Shown: positions 29,988 to 42,546 of the stretch, piece after piece
How the letters are laid out: the number at the start of each line of letters is the position of its first letter
Numbering within the stretch: the stretch's first letter is position 1
Origin: an uncultured Spirochaetota bacterium
GTDB taxonomy: Bacteria; Spirochaetota; Spirochaetia; SZUA-6; Fen-1364
Direction: 5' to 3'
NCBI GenBank assembly: GCA_963781885.1
Contig: CAWAHW010000006.1
Span: 320,001-384,000 of the forward strand
DNA length: 64,000 bases
Position numbers and translations under genes: made by a program
The notes under the pieces: generated by a model
The model's input: only the letters and a program-made list of their open reading frames with translations
Database searches by the model: none
Told to the model about the DNA's origin: nothing

Positions 29988-31185
29988 TCAACCGATGCGC
30001 GGCGGCCTGAATCTCACCTCCACGCGGCTCGTCTCCTCCAGGCCCCACCCGCTCTCGCGCGCCACGGACCCCGTCATCACGATGAGGTCTCCCCTGCCCA
30101 GCGAAAAGAAAGGCTTCACGCCCGGCCCGGGACAGTCCTTGCGCGCGGAGAGCGGGAATCTTCCCAACGGACCGCAGACCAGGTAGCGGATCCGCCCGCT
30201 TTTCGACAGGAGCGGCTCCGAGACCACCCTGTAGAGACCGCCGTCGGGCGAGGAATCCGGCGGCGCGGCGGGTAGTGGCGATTCGAGGGGCGTGGCCGGC
30301 TTTCGCAGCACGAACCACGCCATCCGCAGGGTCTCCCTGCCGATGCGGGCGGCGTGCGCGAGCCTCTCCATCTCGGGCACGGGGGTCCAGTCGAACTCAC
30401 CATGGCAGGTGCCTACCGGCAGGGCAGGGCAGTCCGACTGCCAGATGCAGGGCATCTCGATCGTGAACCCCGCGCGCGCAAGCCCGTCACGGACCATGAT
30501 GGCTTCCTGCGCGGTCTTCATGAGCGCCGGCTCGACGATGAGGAGCCTGCCGCCCGGCCGGAGGCTGTCGGCGAGTCTCTGGAGGAAGGAAACGCGAAGG
30601 GCGATGCGATCCGCATGCCCCGCCCACAGCTCGTTCAGGGTATGGCCGAGCGTGATGAGCTCGAACTTGCCCGCGGGCGCGCCCGTCGTCTTCGTGGCGT
30701 CCCACGCGTGGGTCCGCAGCGAATGGCCGCGCCCCGCGGCGATCCTTCGGGCAAGAGCCAAAGCCGCGCCGCTGCGGTCGGCTGCGGTGACGCTGCGGAC
30801 GCCCGCGTCGAGAAGGGCCAGGGAGAAGGCGCCCGGCCCGGCGCCGACGTCCAGCGCGGAGGCGATCTCTGCGCCATCCCGCGGCCGCTGCATCATCTCC
30901 AGGCATAGTCGCGCCTGGGCGTAGGAGATGGGCCAGAAATGCAGGAGATAGGCGCCCAGGAGATCGGGCCGGCTGAGGTACCGCTCCCCCGCGAGGCTCC
31001 TCTCCCGCGTGAAGCCGTGGGAAAGCTCCTTGACGCGCGGGGCCACGCTCCAGATTTCCTCGCGGCTCAGGGAACGGCTTTCAGCGCCGCGGGGGGCCGC
31101 CTTCGCGCGGCCTGCACCAGACCTCCAGATGGAAACGAGGGTAGGGTAGAGGTCGGATGGGATCTCGATGCGCGACGTGACCCAT
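29988..31185 (-). CDS. Rsm22-like SAM-dependent methyltransferase; 5' end uncertain
   Basis: AYLLHFWP, LDVGAGPG, LNEL, LLIVEP, PCIWQSDCP...CH. The frame stays open upstream of GTG 31046 to 31217 (…IEIPSDLYPTLVSIWR…) without a canonical start; ATG 31185 is off by +1. Confidence 0.75.
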
Positions 31186-31474
31186 GCATAGCCGCCGCCC
31201 CGCGTCCTGTCAAGTTGTCATGACGATGTTTCTGAAAAGGCGGCGGGAGGCAAGAAGAGTACCCTCTCCTGCGCCTGCGGAGTCAAGACGTGGACGTTGC
31301 ATCACCCTCCCCCCATGAGCCCGGGGCGGCATTCGGCGGCGCCGTGTATTCCGCGCGTCGTGCCCCCGCACGTGGGCGGACGTCCCTGAATCCGGTTGGC
31401 TGCGCGGCGGTCGTCACCGTGCTATAATCAATTGGAATTGTTCTTTCAAAAATAACGAGGGAGGAGGGCTTGGC

Positions 31475-32452
31475 ATGAAGACGAATTTCGAGTTCACGCT
31501 GCGGGGAAAGGACTGGTTCGGCCCCTTTATCGGTTACTGGGTCGTCGTTCTGCTCCTGAACGCACCGACATTTGTCGCCAACCGCATGATGCAGGCCGGC
31601 AGGACCCCGAACGCGGGATACGTCGTCCTCCAGCTCGTGATCGTGGTCGCGTCCGTCATTCTGGCGGCGGTTTTCACCATCCTATTCCTCAGGATCTTTG
31701 TCCCGAAGCTCTCCGTCGGGGGAAAGGCGTTTGCCTTCAAGGGTTCCATCGGGAAGTTTATCGGTCTCAATGTCGGTGGCGCACTTTTGACCATCATCAC
31801 TCTTTCAATCTATTTCCCGTGGTACATCCGCACCATCGTCGCCTACCTTGCCTCGGAAACGACCTTTGACGGGGCAAGCCCTTCATTCGAGGGGAAAGGG
31901 GGAACGCTCTTCAAGTACTACCTGCTCTCCCTGTTGGTTCCCATCGTCGTGCTCGTCGTCATCCTGGGCATCATATTCGGCGTCACCATGGCAATCGGGA
32001 GCAATGGAGCGGCCGGCGCGCTGTCCACGATCATCATCATCGTCGTGTTCCTGCTCTTTATTCCCTTCCTCTACCTGCTCTACAAGTGGTATGTGAACCT
32101 CCGCTGGAACGACGTGAGCATCGCCTGGAAGACTTCATTCTGGCCTTCGTGCGGCTTCGTGTTGGGCCAGCTTCTCCTGACGCTGATCACGGCCACGATC
32201 TACTGGCCGGCGGCCTTCCTCAGGATCTACCGGTACTTCACCGGCAAGACCGTGCTCGCCAAGGGGGGCGTGGAAACGGGCAGGCTGGGATTCGAAGGGG
32301 ACATCGGCAAGGGCTTCGGCCTGCTCTGGGGCCAGACGCTTCTTTCGATCATCACCGTGGGAATCTACATCCCCTGGGCGTACGCGAATATCGGACGGTG
32401 GCTGCTGGGCGCCACGTATCACCAGGAGACGGCGGCACAGCCGACGGCGTAG
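31475..32452 (+). CDS. DUF898/YjgN family inner membrane protein
   Basis: Repeated LLTIITLSIYFPW / LLTLITATIYWP / LLSIITVGIYIPW motifs and F.F.G.G segments. Extended -10 TGCTATAAT at 31420-31428; GGAGG RBS. Confidence 0.8.
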   Translation: MKTNFEFTLRGKDWFGPFIGYWVVVLLLNAPTFVANRMMQAGRTPNAGYVVLQLVIVVASVILAAVFTILFLRIFVPKLSVGGKAFAFKGSIGKFIGLNVGGALLTIITLSIYFPWYIRTIVAYLASETTFDGASPSFEGKGGTLFKYYLLSLLVPIVVLVVILGIIFGVTMAIGSNGAAGALSTIIIIVVFLLFIPFLYLLYKWYVNLRWNDVSIAWKTSFWPSCGFVLGQLLLTLITATIYWPAAFLRIYRYFTGKTVLAKGGVETGRLGFEGDIGKGFGLLWGQTLLSIITVGIYIPWAYANIGRWLLGATYHQETAAQPTA

Positions 32453-32498
32453 CCGCCATCGCGGCATCCGCCGCGTGATGCGGGCGCGGGGGTCGGCG

Positions 32499-33917
32499 CT
32501 ACCGCGAGGCGCGCCCTCCCCCGACGCCGAAAAGGCCTCTCTCCTTGATGACGCGCGCCGCCGGCGCGGGCACCAGAGATTCCCACTCGGGATCGCCCGC
32601 CTGCAGGAGGGAAAGCACCTCGCGCGGCATGAGGTCCTCGCCCGGCTCCCGGTGCACGGGAATGTGCTCCACGTACCCGTTCTCCAGCATGTAGGCGTAC
32701 AGGTGCCCCAGCCGTCCCGGAACCTTGAAGCTCTCCGCGGTCACCATCTCCCCTGTCTCACGGCTGCGCCAGGGATGGACGTAGAGCCGCACGGGCCCTC
32801 CCAGGAGCCGGCCAAGGGCCTCGAGTATGCCCCCGTCGAGGTCCTGGTAATGGCGCTCCTCCAGGATCTGCGAAAGCGTCGGCACCCCGAGCACCATGCC
32901 GATCCGCTCCGCGGTGTAGCGGCGAAGATACGTCGTGACGTTGTGGAAGCGGGAGTAGTTCGACACCATCACCGTCATGCCCAGCGCGCGCAGCGTGTCC
33001 ATCCTTGCCAGGAAATCCTCGTGCTCGACGCGCTCGCCGAGTGTCATGAGGTTGCGCAGCGTCATCTCCAGGAGCACCACCGGCTCCACGGCGCCGGGTG
33101 CGAGCTCCGCCTTCATGTGCGCAAGAGGCATCTCCAGCATCGCAAGGGTGAGCTTCGTGACCGGACGGAAGCTGCCCCGCTCGATGAGCACCGACCGGCC
33201 GTGCAGGAGCTCCGCCGGCTCCACCACCTCACCGTCCGGGGCGAAGAGCGCCGCATTCGTCAGGCGCTGCTCGACAAGCTGAAGGCTCATCAGCCTGTTA
33301 TCGATGCCTGTGAAGAGCGGGCCGGAAAAACGGATCATGTCCACTTCCAGGCGGTCCCGGGTCAACCCGTCCATCAGGGACCCGATGAGCGCCTCGGGAC
33401 GCGTATTGTCGTAGAAAGCGGCGGAGATCAGGTTGACACCAAGGATGCCCAGCGCCTCCTGCTGCCGTGCATTCTCCGCGTCCCACATGCGCGCGTGCAC
33501 GATGATCTCCGACGCGCGGCCGTGCGGCTCGGCCTGGAATCGTATGCCCAGCCAGCCGTGGCCCTCGTCATGGCGCGTCCAGCTGCGGGTCGCCACCGTG
33601 TCGGCGAAGACGAAGAACTTCGTCGAATCACCGCGCGTCGCGTCCAGGCGCTCGATCAGGAGCGCCCATTCGTGGTCGAGCATCGACTGGAGGCGCTGCC
33701 GGCTCACGTAGCGCTGCGCGGCGCCGTAGATCGCGTCGGAGACCGCCATGTCGTAGGCGGACATCGTCTTTGCCACGGACCCCGCCGCGCCGCCGACGTG
33801 GAAGAACCACCGGGCCACCTCCTGCCCGGCGCCGATCTCGGCGAATGTGCCGTAGCGGGCCGCGTCGATGTTGATGCGCAGGGCCTTGTCGTGGGTGCTG
33901 AGCACGTTTTCTGCCAT
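32499..33917 (-). CDS. Uncharacterised cytoplasmic protein with a nucleotidyltransferase-like C-terminal domain
   Basis: KALRINID..YGTFAEIGAGQEVARWFF.VGGAAG..AKTMSAYDM.VSDAIYG..RYVS is a conserved family N-terminus. ERGSFRPVT resembles the GSFxP motif of NadD-like enzymes. No signal peptide or beta-barrel. Confidence 0.7.
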   Translation of the reverse strand: MAENVLSTHDKALRINIDAARYGTFAEIGAGQEVARWFFHVGGAAGSVAKTMSAYDMAVSDAIYGAAQRYVSRQRLQSMLDHEWALLIERLDATRGDSTKFFVFADTVATRSWTRHDEGHGWLGIRFQAEPHGRASEIIVHARMWDAENARQQEALGILGVNLISAAFYDNTRPEALIGSLMDGLTRDRLEVDMIRFSGPLFTGIDNRLMSLQLVEQRLTNAALFAPDGEVVEPAELLHGRSVLIERGSFRPVTKLTLAMLEMPLAHMKAELAPGAVEPVVLLEMTLRNLMTLGERVEHEDFLARMDTLRALGMTVMVSNYSRFHNVTTYLRRYTAERIGMVLGVPTLSQILEERHYQDLDGGILEALGRLLGGPVRLYVHPWRSRETGEMVTAESFKVPGRLGHLYAYMLENGYVEHIPVHREPGEDLMPREVLSLLQAGDPEWESLVPAPAARVIKERGLFGVGGGRASR

Positions 33918-33948
33918 GGGATATAGTATGCACGCGGCGGAGGGGCAA

Positions 33949-34494
33949 ATGAAGAGCAATGTGGGAAGCGGCGACCGGGGGATCACGAGCCTGCTGAGCG
34001 GCGAGCGCGTTCCCAAGAGTCATGAACGGATCGAGGCCTGCGGAGAGCTGGACGAGCTTGCCTCCGTGCTCGGGGCTTTCTCCTCCTCGCTGCCGGAAGC
34101 GGAGACGGTCCTCCGCACGGAGGTGCAGGCGATACAGGCGGAGCTCCTCCACATCGGCGCGTGGGTTGCCGTGCATCCCGGCGCCGGCGCAAAGGGATTG
34201 CGCCCCGTCGAGGAAGCGCCGCTCGCGGCGCTCGAGGCAGCCATCGACAGGATGGAGAGCGAGCTTCCCCCGCTGCAGAGCTTCATACTCCCCGGCGGGG
34301 CGCCGTCGGCATCCTGGGCGCACGTGGCCCGCACGGTCTGCAGGAGGGCGGAACGCCGCGTCATCGCCGCGGGTGGACAGGCAATGCCGGCGCCGATTCT
34401 CCCTTACCTGAACAGGCTGTCGACGTACCTTTTCGTCCTGGCGCGCCTGTGCAACAGGAGGCAGGACATACCCGACATGTCGTGGAAGGGATGA
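33949..34494 (+). CDS. pduO: PduO-type ATP:cob(I)alamin adenosyltransferase
   Basis: GDRGITSL..GERVPK...IEACGELDEL, FILPGG, AHVARTVCRRAERR, YLNRLSTYLFVLAR. Confidence 0.88.
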   Translation: MKSNVGSGDRGITSLLSGERVPKSHERIEACGELDELASVLGAFSSSLPEAETVLRTEVQAIQAELLHIGAWVAVHPGAGAKGLRPVEEAPLAALEAAIDRMESELPPLQSFILPGGAPSASWAHVARTVCRRAERRVIAAGGQAMPAPILPYLNRLSTYLFVLARLCNRRQDIPDMSWKG

Positions 34495-35147
34495 CGGCAT
34501 CCATCGAAGGAAGATATCGCACGACGATACGCAGCCGCGCGTGGCTTTCCCCGCGGACCTTTTCCCTGACGCTCGACAGGCCGCGGGGATTTGCCTTCAC
34601 GCCGGGACAGAGCATCAGCGTGGGAATGGGCGGGACGACCAGGGACTACTCGATCGCGAGCGGCAGGGACGAAGAGCCCCTTTCGCTGTGCGTGCGATTG
34701 ATCCCAACAGGGTCGCTTTCCCCGGTTCTCGCGGCGGCCGCGGAAGGCGCTGCCTGCACCATCGAAGGGCCCCACGGCTTGTTCACATTGCGGGAATCAG
34801 AGCGGCCGCCGGTCTTCGTGGCGACGGGCACGGGCATCGCGCCATTTGTCTCCATGGCCAGAACAGGCTGCCGCGGATTCAGCCTCTTCCACGGGGTGCG
34901 CTCCGAAAATGAGCTGTGCTTCCAGGACGAGCTGCGGCCGGCGGCAGATCTCTACATACCATGCCTCTCGCTCGATCCGCGTGACGACGCTTTTTCCGGC
35001 CGGGTCACGGAGGCGGCGGTGCATCACCTTGCCCCCGGCCCCTACGATTTCTACCTCTGCGGCGGCAGGGCCATGATTCGGGACTTCACGGTGCTCGCCG
35101 ACGAACGATTTCCCGGTTCCCGGATATTCATGGAAGTCTTTCACTAA
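34491..35147 (+). CDS. FAD/NAD(P)H oxidoreductase (ferredoxin-NADP reductase-like)
   Basis: FTPGQ, RDYSIAS, GPHGLF, VATGTGIAPF, FYLCGG; ATGA overlap with pduO. Confidence 0.85.
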   Translation: MTASIEGRYRTTIRSRAWLSPRTFSLTLDRPRGFAFTPGQSISVGMGGTTRDYSIASGRDEEPLSLCVRLIPTGSLSPVLAAAAEGAACTIEGPHGLFTLRESERPPVFVATGTGIAPFVSMARTGCRGFSLFHGVRSENELCFQDELRPAADLYIPCLSLDPRDDAFSGRVTEAAVHHLAPGPYDFYLCGGRAMIRDFTVLADERFPGSRIFMEVFH

Positions 35148-35223
35148 GCGCCACTTTTTTTGACGTCAGGGCTCCCCGATCGTTAAGTTTGAGCATGATC
35201 CGGGTCTCTGCAAAGGGGGGCGC

Positions 35224-37191
<1,968 letters not shown>

Positions 37192-37242
37192 GGCTGGCAC
37201 GCTGACGCATGCGGGCGCCGGTAGTATGGCGGATGATGGCTC

Positions 37243-37563
37243 CTAATCGCGGCGCTTCGGGCGGATCCAGATGGTGCCGGGGGTGCGGGCGGCGCGGCCG
37301 AAAAAGGAGAGGAACGAGCGCATGATGCGTGCCTTCACGAGCGCGCTCGTCCTGCGGCGCGCCTCGAGGCGTATCTCCTCCTCGATGCGCGCCGCTTTGG
37401 CCGCGGCGATCAACCCGTAGAGGGCGCGCCGCCGTTCGACGGAGAGCACCGCGAGTCCCCCTGCGCAGACCTTGTCGGGCATGCGCATGAGGATGTTCTG
37501 TAGGCGGGTGGCGTCCGTCCCTTCGATGCTCTCCCGGACGGCCGCCGCGACGTCGCGCGCCAC
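37243..37563 (-). CDS. Small hypothetical protein, weakly FliG C-terminal-like
   Basis: DATRLQNILMRMPDKVCAGGLAVLS...KAARIEEEI resembles the FliG_C pattern (D..IQ.ILR.V....LA.AL.....A..I.EE). Confidence 0.45.
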   Translation of the reverse strand: MARDVAAAVRESIEGTDATRLQNILMRMPDKVCAGGLAVLSVERRRALYGLIAAAKAARIEEEIRLEARRRTSALVKARIMRSFLSFFGRAARTPGTIWIRPKRRD

Positions 37564-37564
37564 G

Positions 37565-37723
37565 CTATTTCAACGTCCTCTTGAAGAAGCCCACCATGAC
37601 CTGGCAGGCATTGTCCGCCTTGTCGTCCTTCCAGAGCTGCCCGTTCTGCACCATGAATCCGTGCGGCAGGCCCTGGTGAACCTCGCCGCCGTGCTTCCGA
37701 GAACCCGAGTTGATTTCATGCAC
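37565..37723 (-). pseudogene. Probable C-terminal remnant of a dienelactone hydrolase family gene
   Basis: …EVHQGLPHGFMVQNGQLWKDDKADNACQVMVGFFKRTLK* matches the DLH end (YxG.xHGF...A..AW.....FF...L). There is no room upstream for the rest of the gene. Confidence 0.45.
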
Positions 37724-37856
37724 AAAAGATAACGCCGCCAAATGCCGGTGGAAATGGAGCCACACGCGCCCGCGGCGCACTTTTCTCCATTACATAGGCT
37801 GCCGAGGCAACGCGTCTATTCTTGACTCACGGCATGCATCTAGTCTTTGATCTCAC

Positions 37857-40208
37857 GTGATGTCCCCGTCTCTTCTCGACCGCACCATTCAGTTTGCCGT
37901 CAAACGCGCGCCGTACGTGATCGTCGCCACCTTCGCCGCGACATTGGTGCTGGGGTGGTTCGCCCTGAAGGTAAGGATCTATCCGGATTTCGTGTCGCTC
38001 CTGCCGCAGAACGCGGAGGTCAACAAGATCCTCCGCGAATATGGCGGTGACCATGCGTCCACGGACACCCTGGTGCTCGCGGTGACCGCCGACGGCTCGG
38101 GAGGCGACGTTTTCACGCCCGCCCGATTGTCCTCCTTCTCCGACGCGGTGCGCGCCATTGCCGTCATACCGGGCGTGCAGGCGGCCATCACCCCGTTCAA
38201 CCTCGTTGCCTTCGCCCGCGAGAGCGGGCGGCTGGTCATGCGCACCCTGAGCGATGGCGGCGTGGCGCCGACCCCGGAAGCTCTGCCCGATTTCCGCGCG
38301 CGCCTTCTTGCAACCCGCTATGCGACGAATCTCGTCGTGTCGCAGGACGCAACGATGCTGATCGCCTATTTTTCCGTGGCCCACGGGGTGAACCCCCAGG
38401 ACATGATGCGCGTGGTGGACCCCATCACGAACAGCCTCCGAGGGCGCGGTCTCGTGCCATACGTCACCGGTACGATCGTCTCCAACTCGCAGACGGGCTA
38501 CTACCTCTCCCACGATCTCACGCGACTGCTCATCCTCACGGTTCTCATCATCGTCCTCTGCTATGCCGCGGGGTTCCGCCGGTTTCGGGGCGTTATTTTT
38601 CCGCTTGTCTCGGTCGCTTTCGGCACAATCTGGATGGCGGGATTCATGGGCATCATGGGCTTCTCCCTCTCTCTGATTTCCGTCGTGGCCCCTCCTCTCA
38701 TCCTGATCTTCGGCAACGAGTACAACATCTACGCCACGAGCGAGCTGATGCGGATACCGCGCGAGGAGGGAACGGCGCCGGGATGGATCGAGCGGGCGAG
38801 CCGCAACATCTCCAAGCCGCTCATCATGGCTTTTCTCTCCACCGTCGTCGGATTCCTCAGCCTGTGCGTCACGGACATCCGCCAGACGCGGGAGTTTGCC
38901 ATCACGGCGAGCTTCGGATCGCTTGCCTGCGCCTTTCTCGCCCTGTTCTTCCTGCCGGCCATCCATACCTTCCTGCGGCCGCTGCCGCGGCGCGCCCCCG
39001 GCAAGAAGGGCTTCCAGACCGCGATGAAGGGGGTGGCGCGCTTCTCCTTCCGCCACCCGGTCGTCGTCCTTTCCGTGCTCGCCGCGGTGGTGGTGCTCTT
39101 TGCCGTGACGTGGCGCCTCCTGATCTTCAATACGGACACTTCCAGCTACTACCCGCAGAATGACCGGGTGATCCGCGACACCTATGCCATCTACGCGAAG
39201 GCGGGCGGCTACGATACGATCTCCGTCTCCTTCGACGCGCCCTCCGGGGCAACCGGCTACTTCCTCGACACGGCGGCGCTCACCCGGGTGGAGACCGCCG
39301 AACGGGCGTTGCGCGCCCTTCCCGACATCTCCTATGCCCTGTCGCTGCCCGACCTCCTCCGTTCCATCAATATCGCCGCCACCGGCACCGACGCGCTGCC
39401 GACGAACAAGGCAATCGTGACGATGTTCTCCCGGCTCCTCACCGCGGCCGGGGGCTCGTCGCCGAGCGCGGCGATCCTCGCCAACCTCACGAACAGGGAC
39501 TTCACCCGGCTCACGGTCAGCTTCCGCGTCTACAACTCCGCCACGGGGCATTTCATGGACGAGGCGCGCTTCCGCACGATCCTCGCCTCGATGCACCGGA
39601 TCCTCGACGCCAACCCGACGGGCGCCACTCCCGTGGTCTGGGGCGACATGATCCGCATCCTGTCGTTCGCGGATTCGCTGCGGCGCTCTCTCTTCATCTC
39701 CATGACGATCAGCGTGGTTTCCATCCTCGCCCTCACGATGCTCGTCTTCCGCTCCTTGCTCTACGGGCTCTACCCGCTGGTTCCCCTTGCCGCCGGCCTC
39801 CTCCTGAACTTTTCCTTCATGGCCCTTTTCGGCATCCCGCTGGACATGACCACGATCATGGTGTCGAACATTGCCATTGGCGTCGGCGTCGACAGCGCCA
39901 TCTACCTGGTCATCCAGTACCGGCGCGAGCTGGCCCGCTCGCCGCGGGATCCCTCGGAGGCCCTCCAGCGCACCCTCGCGATCATGGGGCAGCCCATCCT
40001 GCTTTCAAGCCTCTCCATCGTCGCCGGGCTGCTCGTTTTCCTCACGGCATCCTTCCGCCCGGTGCTCTATTTCGGCCTTCTGGTGCTCTTCACGCTCCTG
40101 GCGACGACGGGCGGCACCCTCGTCACATTGCCGACGCTCCTGGGCATCGATACGCGCATCCGCCTCGCCCGCGCGAAGGCCACGCGCCGTGCGGCAGCAT
40201 CGCCTTGA
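37857..40208 (+). CDS. MMPL/RND family lipid transporter
   Basis: Two repeats of a TM helix, a large periplasmic loop and five more TMs; STVVGFLSL...IRQTREF; IAIGVGVDSAIY. Confidence 0.85.
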   Translation: MMSPSLLDRTIQFAVKRAPYVIVATFAATLVLGWFALKVRIYPDFVSLLPQNAEVNKILREYGGDHASTDTLVLAVTADGSGGDVFTPARLSSFSDAVRAIAVIPGVQAAITPFNLVAFARESGRLVMRTLSDGGVAPTPEALPDFRARLLATRYATNLVVSQDATMLIAYFSVAHGVNPQDMMRVVDPITNSLRGRGLVPYVTGTIVSNSQTGYYLSHDLTRLLILTVLIIVLCYAAGFRRFRGVIFPLVSVAFGTIWMAGFMGIMGFSLSLISVVAPPLILIFGNEYNIYATSELMRIPREEGTAPGWIERASRNISKPLIMAFLSTVVGFLSLCVTDIRQTREFAITASFGSLACAFLALFFLPAIHTFLRPLPRRAPGKKGFQTAMKGVARFSFRHPVVVLSVLAAVVVLFAVTWRLLIFNTDTSSYYPQNDRVIRDTYAIYAKAGGYDTISVSFDAPSGATGYFLDTAALTRVETAERALRALPDISYALSLPDLLRSINIAATGTDALPTNKAIVTMFSRLLTAAGGSSPSAAILANLTNRDFTRLTVSFRVYNSATGHFMDEARFRTILASMHRILDANPTGATPVVWGDMIRILSFADSLRRSLFISMTISVVSILALTMLVFRSLLYGLYPLVPLAAGLLLNFSFMALFGIPLDMTTIMVSNIAIGVGVDSAIYLVIQYRRELARSPRDPSEALQRTLAIMGQPILLSSLSIVAGLLVFLTASFRPVLYFGLLVLFTLLATTGGTLVTLPTLLGIDTRIRLARAKATRRAAASP

Positions 40209-40233
40209 CGATGGGCGGCCGCCGTCTTACTCT
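40205..40233 (+). promoter_or_regulatory. Putative internal sigma70 promoter of the bCerS-like/SDR/acyltransferase genes
   Basis: TTGACG-17 nt-TACTCT overlapping the MMPL stop. Confidence 0.55.
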
Positions 40234-40256
40234 CACGGACGCAGAAGGATGAGCGT

Positions 40257-41391
40257 GTGAATATCACCATATCCGTCGTCGGCACCCGTGCGGAGTTGAA
40301 GCGTTTCATCGCCTTTCCACGGGCGCTGTATAAAGGAAACGCATACTGGGTGCCGTCGCTGCAGAGCGACGAGCTGGACACGCTCACCCCGGGGCGCAAC
40401 CCGGCCTTCGAAGACGCCGAGGCGCAGCTCTTCCTCGCCCGTCGGGAGGGGAGGATCGTCGGGCGGATCGCGGCCATCCAGAGCCATGCGGCGAACCGGA
40501 AGTACGGGACGAAGAACCTTCGCTTCGGGTGGTTCGACACTATCGACGACGACGACGTGGCGCGCGCGCTGTTCGACGCCGCGGCGGCATGGGGCAGGGA
40601 CAAGGGGTCTGGTCACGATGACCGGGCCGCACGGCTTCACCGATCTGGATCCCGAGGGTCTGCTCATCGAGGGCTTCAACGAGCTTGCCACGATCGCCGT
40701 GATCTACAACCATCCCTACTACCCGGCGCTCATCGAGCGCTACGGGTTCACCAAGGAAGTGGACTACGTCGAATTCCAGGCGCTCTCCCCGGAGGGCACC
40801 GTGCTGCCGGAGAAGATGGTGAAGCTCGCCGAATGGGGCGCCAAGCGCAACGGCTGGCATCTGGTGAGGTTCACGGACATCAAGAAGCTGCGCGCGGAGT
40901 ACGGGCAGAAGCTTTTCGACATGATCGACGAATCCTTCGAGGAGCTCTACGGCACCGTGCCCCTCACCCAGAAGCAGAAGGAATACTACATCCGCAAGTA
41001 CATCCCTTTTGCGAATCCGAGCTTCATCGAGATCGTCGCCAACGAGGCGAAGGAGATGATCGGTTTCATCATCGCCCTGCCCAGCCTCTCCCGCGCGTTC
41101 CAGAAGGCCCGCGGCAGGCTTTTCCCCTTCGGGTTCTTCCACATCCTGCGCGCCCTGCGGAAATATGACACGCTTGACTTCATGCTCGCGGGCATCCGCA
41201 AGGAGTTCCGGGGCAAAGGGGCCGACCTTCTCATGACCATCGATATCTTCCGCACCGGTCTCTCCAAGGGCATCCGATTCGCCGAATCCAATCCGGAGCT
41301 TGAAACGAACGCCCGCATCCAGAACGAATGGAAGATCGTCGCCACCCGGCAGCACAAGCGGCGCCGCATCTACAAGAAGAGCATCGTGTGA
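40257..41391 (+). pseudogene. YghO / bacterial ceramide synthase (bCerS)-like GNAT N-acyltransferase, with a +1 frameshift near 40605 (probably an assembly error)
   Basis: FIAFPRALYKGNAYWVP..NPAFE...VGRIAA...RFGWFD joins, after one base is removed, ..GPHGFTDLDPEGLLIEGF...YNHPYYP.LIE.YGFTKEVD...GRLFPFG...LETN...KRRRIY. Confidence 0.75.
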
Positions 41392-41436
41392 GTCGCGGGG
41401 TCCCACCGGCGCCCGGCGCGCCGATCGAGGCCGCGC

Positions 41437-42546
41437 ATGACGATCGGCATCACGGGGGCGACGGGTTTCCTGGGAGCAAGCCTCACGTCGCACGTCGCGC
41501 GCTCCCTGCCGGCGGGGGATCGCGTCGTCACCTTCGGGTCCCGCACGGACCGCAACCCGCTCACCGCGGATCTCGGCCTGCCCTGCGCGCGTCTCGACGT
41601 CACCGACCGTTCCCAGGCCTTTCGCCTCATCCGCGACATCGACATTCTCTACCACGTCGCCGGTTCGGTCGACTATTCCCGCCGCTTCCGCCAGCGTACC
41701 TGGACCGTGAATGTCCTCGGGACGCGGAACGTCCTCGATGCGGCGATGGAGAACCACGTCGCGCGCGTGGTCTGCGTCTCGTCGATCAGCGTGATGGGGC
41801 TGCCCGCCCCCGGGGCAGCATGTGCCGACGAGACCAATGACCGCTACGCGCCGGGCAGGAATCCCCTCTCATTCGCGGGTCCGCAGGATGCCCTTGCCGC
41901 GGTCGACGATTCGCTGCGGGGCGATTTCCGCTTCCTGGAGCGCGTGAAGATACCCTACTTCGATTCGAAGATCGCCGCCTTCGAGCTTGCGGGGCGCTAT
42001 GCAACACGGGAGGGGCTGGACGTCGTGAGAGTGCTGCCGGGCACCGCCGTCGGGGCCGGGGACATGCACATGGCCCTGGCGGGGCTCGTGCAACGCGTCT
42101 ACGAGAGCCGGCTCGCCTTCACGCTTCCCGGGGGCACATCGTTCGTTTCCGCCGCCGACGTCGCCCGGGGCATCGCTCTGGCAGGCCAGAAGGGCCGCCG
42201 GGGAGAGGCCTACATCATCACCGGCCGCGATGAAGACAACCTGAGCCATCGCGATTTCATGAGGCTCGTCGCGGGCGTCGTGCGCGAGTGCTACCACAGG
42301 CGATGCCGCAACGATTTCATCGTTGTCCCTGCGCCGCTTGCCGTGCTGTGCGGGCGGGTTGCCGAGCGGCTCTCTGGGGGCACCTCGCTGCCGGAGGGGC
42401 TCGCGCTTTCGGGGTGCGTCATGCATCGTTTTCAGAGCATTCGGGCGAAGGCGGAGCTCGGCTACGAGCCGCGCGTTCCCCTTCGCGATTCAATTCGCGC
42501 ATGCATCGATTTCACGCTGCGCGAGGTGGGAGGACGGGGATTATGA
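41437..42546 (+). CDS. NAD-dependent epimerase/dehydratase (extended SDR, HpnA/3-beta-HSD-like)
   Basis: ITGATGFLG, NVLGTRNVLDAA, VSSISV, YFDSK, ELGYEPR. Confidence 0.85.
   Translation: MTIGITGATGFLGASLTSHVARSLPAGDRVVTFGSRTDRNPLTADLGLPCARLDVTDRSQAFRLIRDIDILYHVAGSVDYSRRFRQRTWTVNVLGTRNVLDAAMENHVARVVCVSSISVMGLPAPGAACADETNDRYAPGRNPLSFAGPQDALAAVDDSLRGDFRFLERVKIPYFDSKIAAFELAGRYATREGLDVVRVLPGTAVGAGDMHMALAGLVQRVYESRLAFTLPGGTSFVSAADVARGIALAGQKGRRGEAYIITGRDEDNLSHRDFMRLVAGVVRECYHRRCRNDFIVVPAPLAVLCGRVAERLSGGTSLPEGLALSGCVMHRFQSIRAKAELGYEPRVPLRDSIRACIDFTLREVGGRGL

Noticed and set aside
31220-31470. Riboswitch or ncRNA in the ~250-bp intergenic region
   Set aside because: I see only promoter-like hexamers and short GC hairpins, with no recognisable aptamer. 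An Rfam/Infernal scan would be needed.
32499-33917. Outer-membrane TonB-dependent receptor, a label I recall being attached to this family
   Set aside because: No signal peptide, no beta-barrel pattern, and too short.
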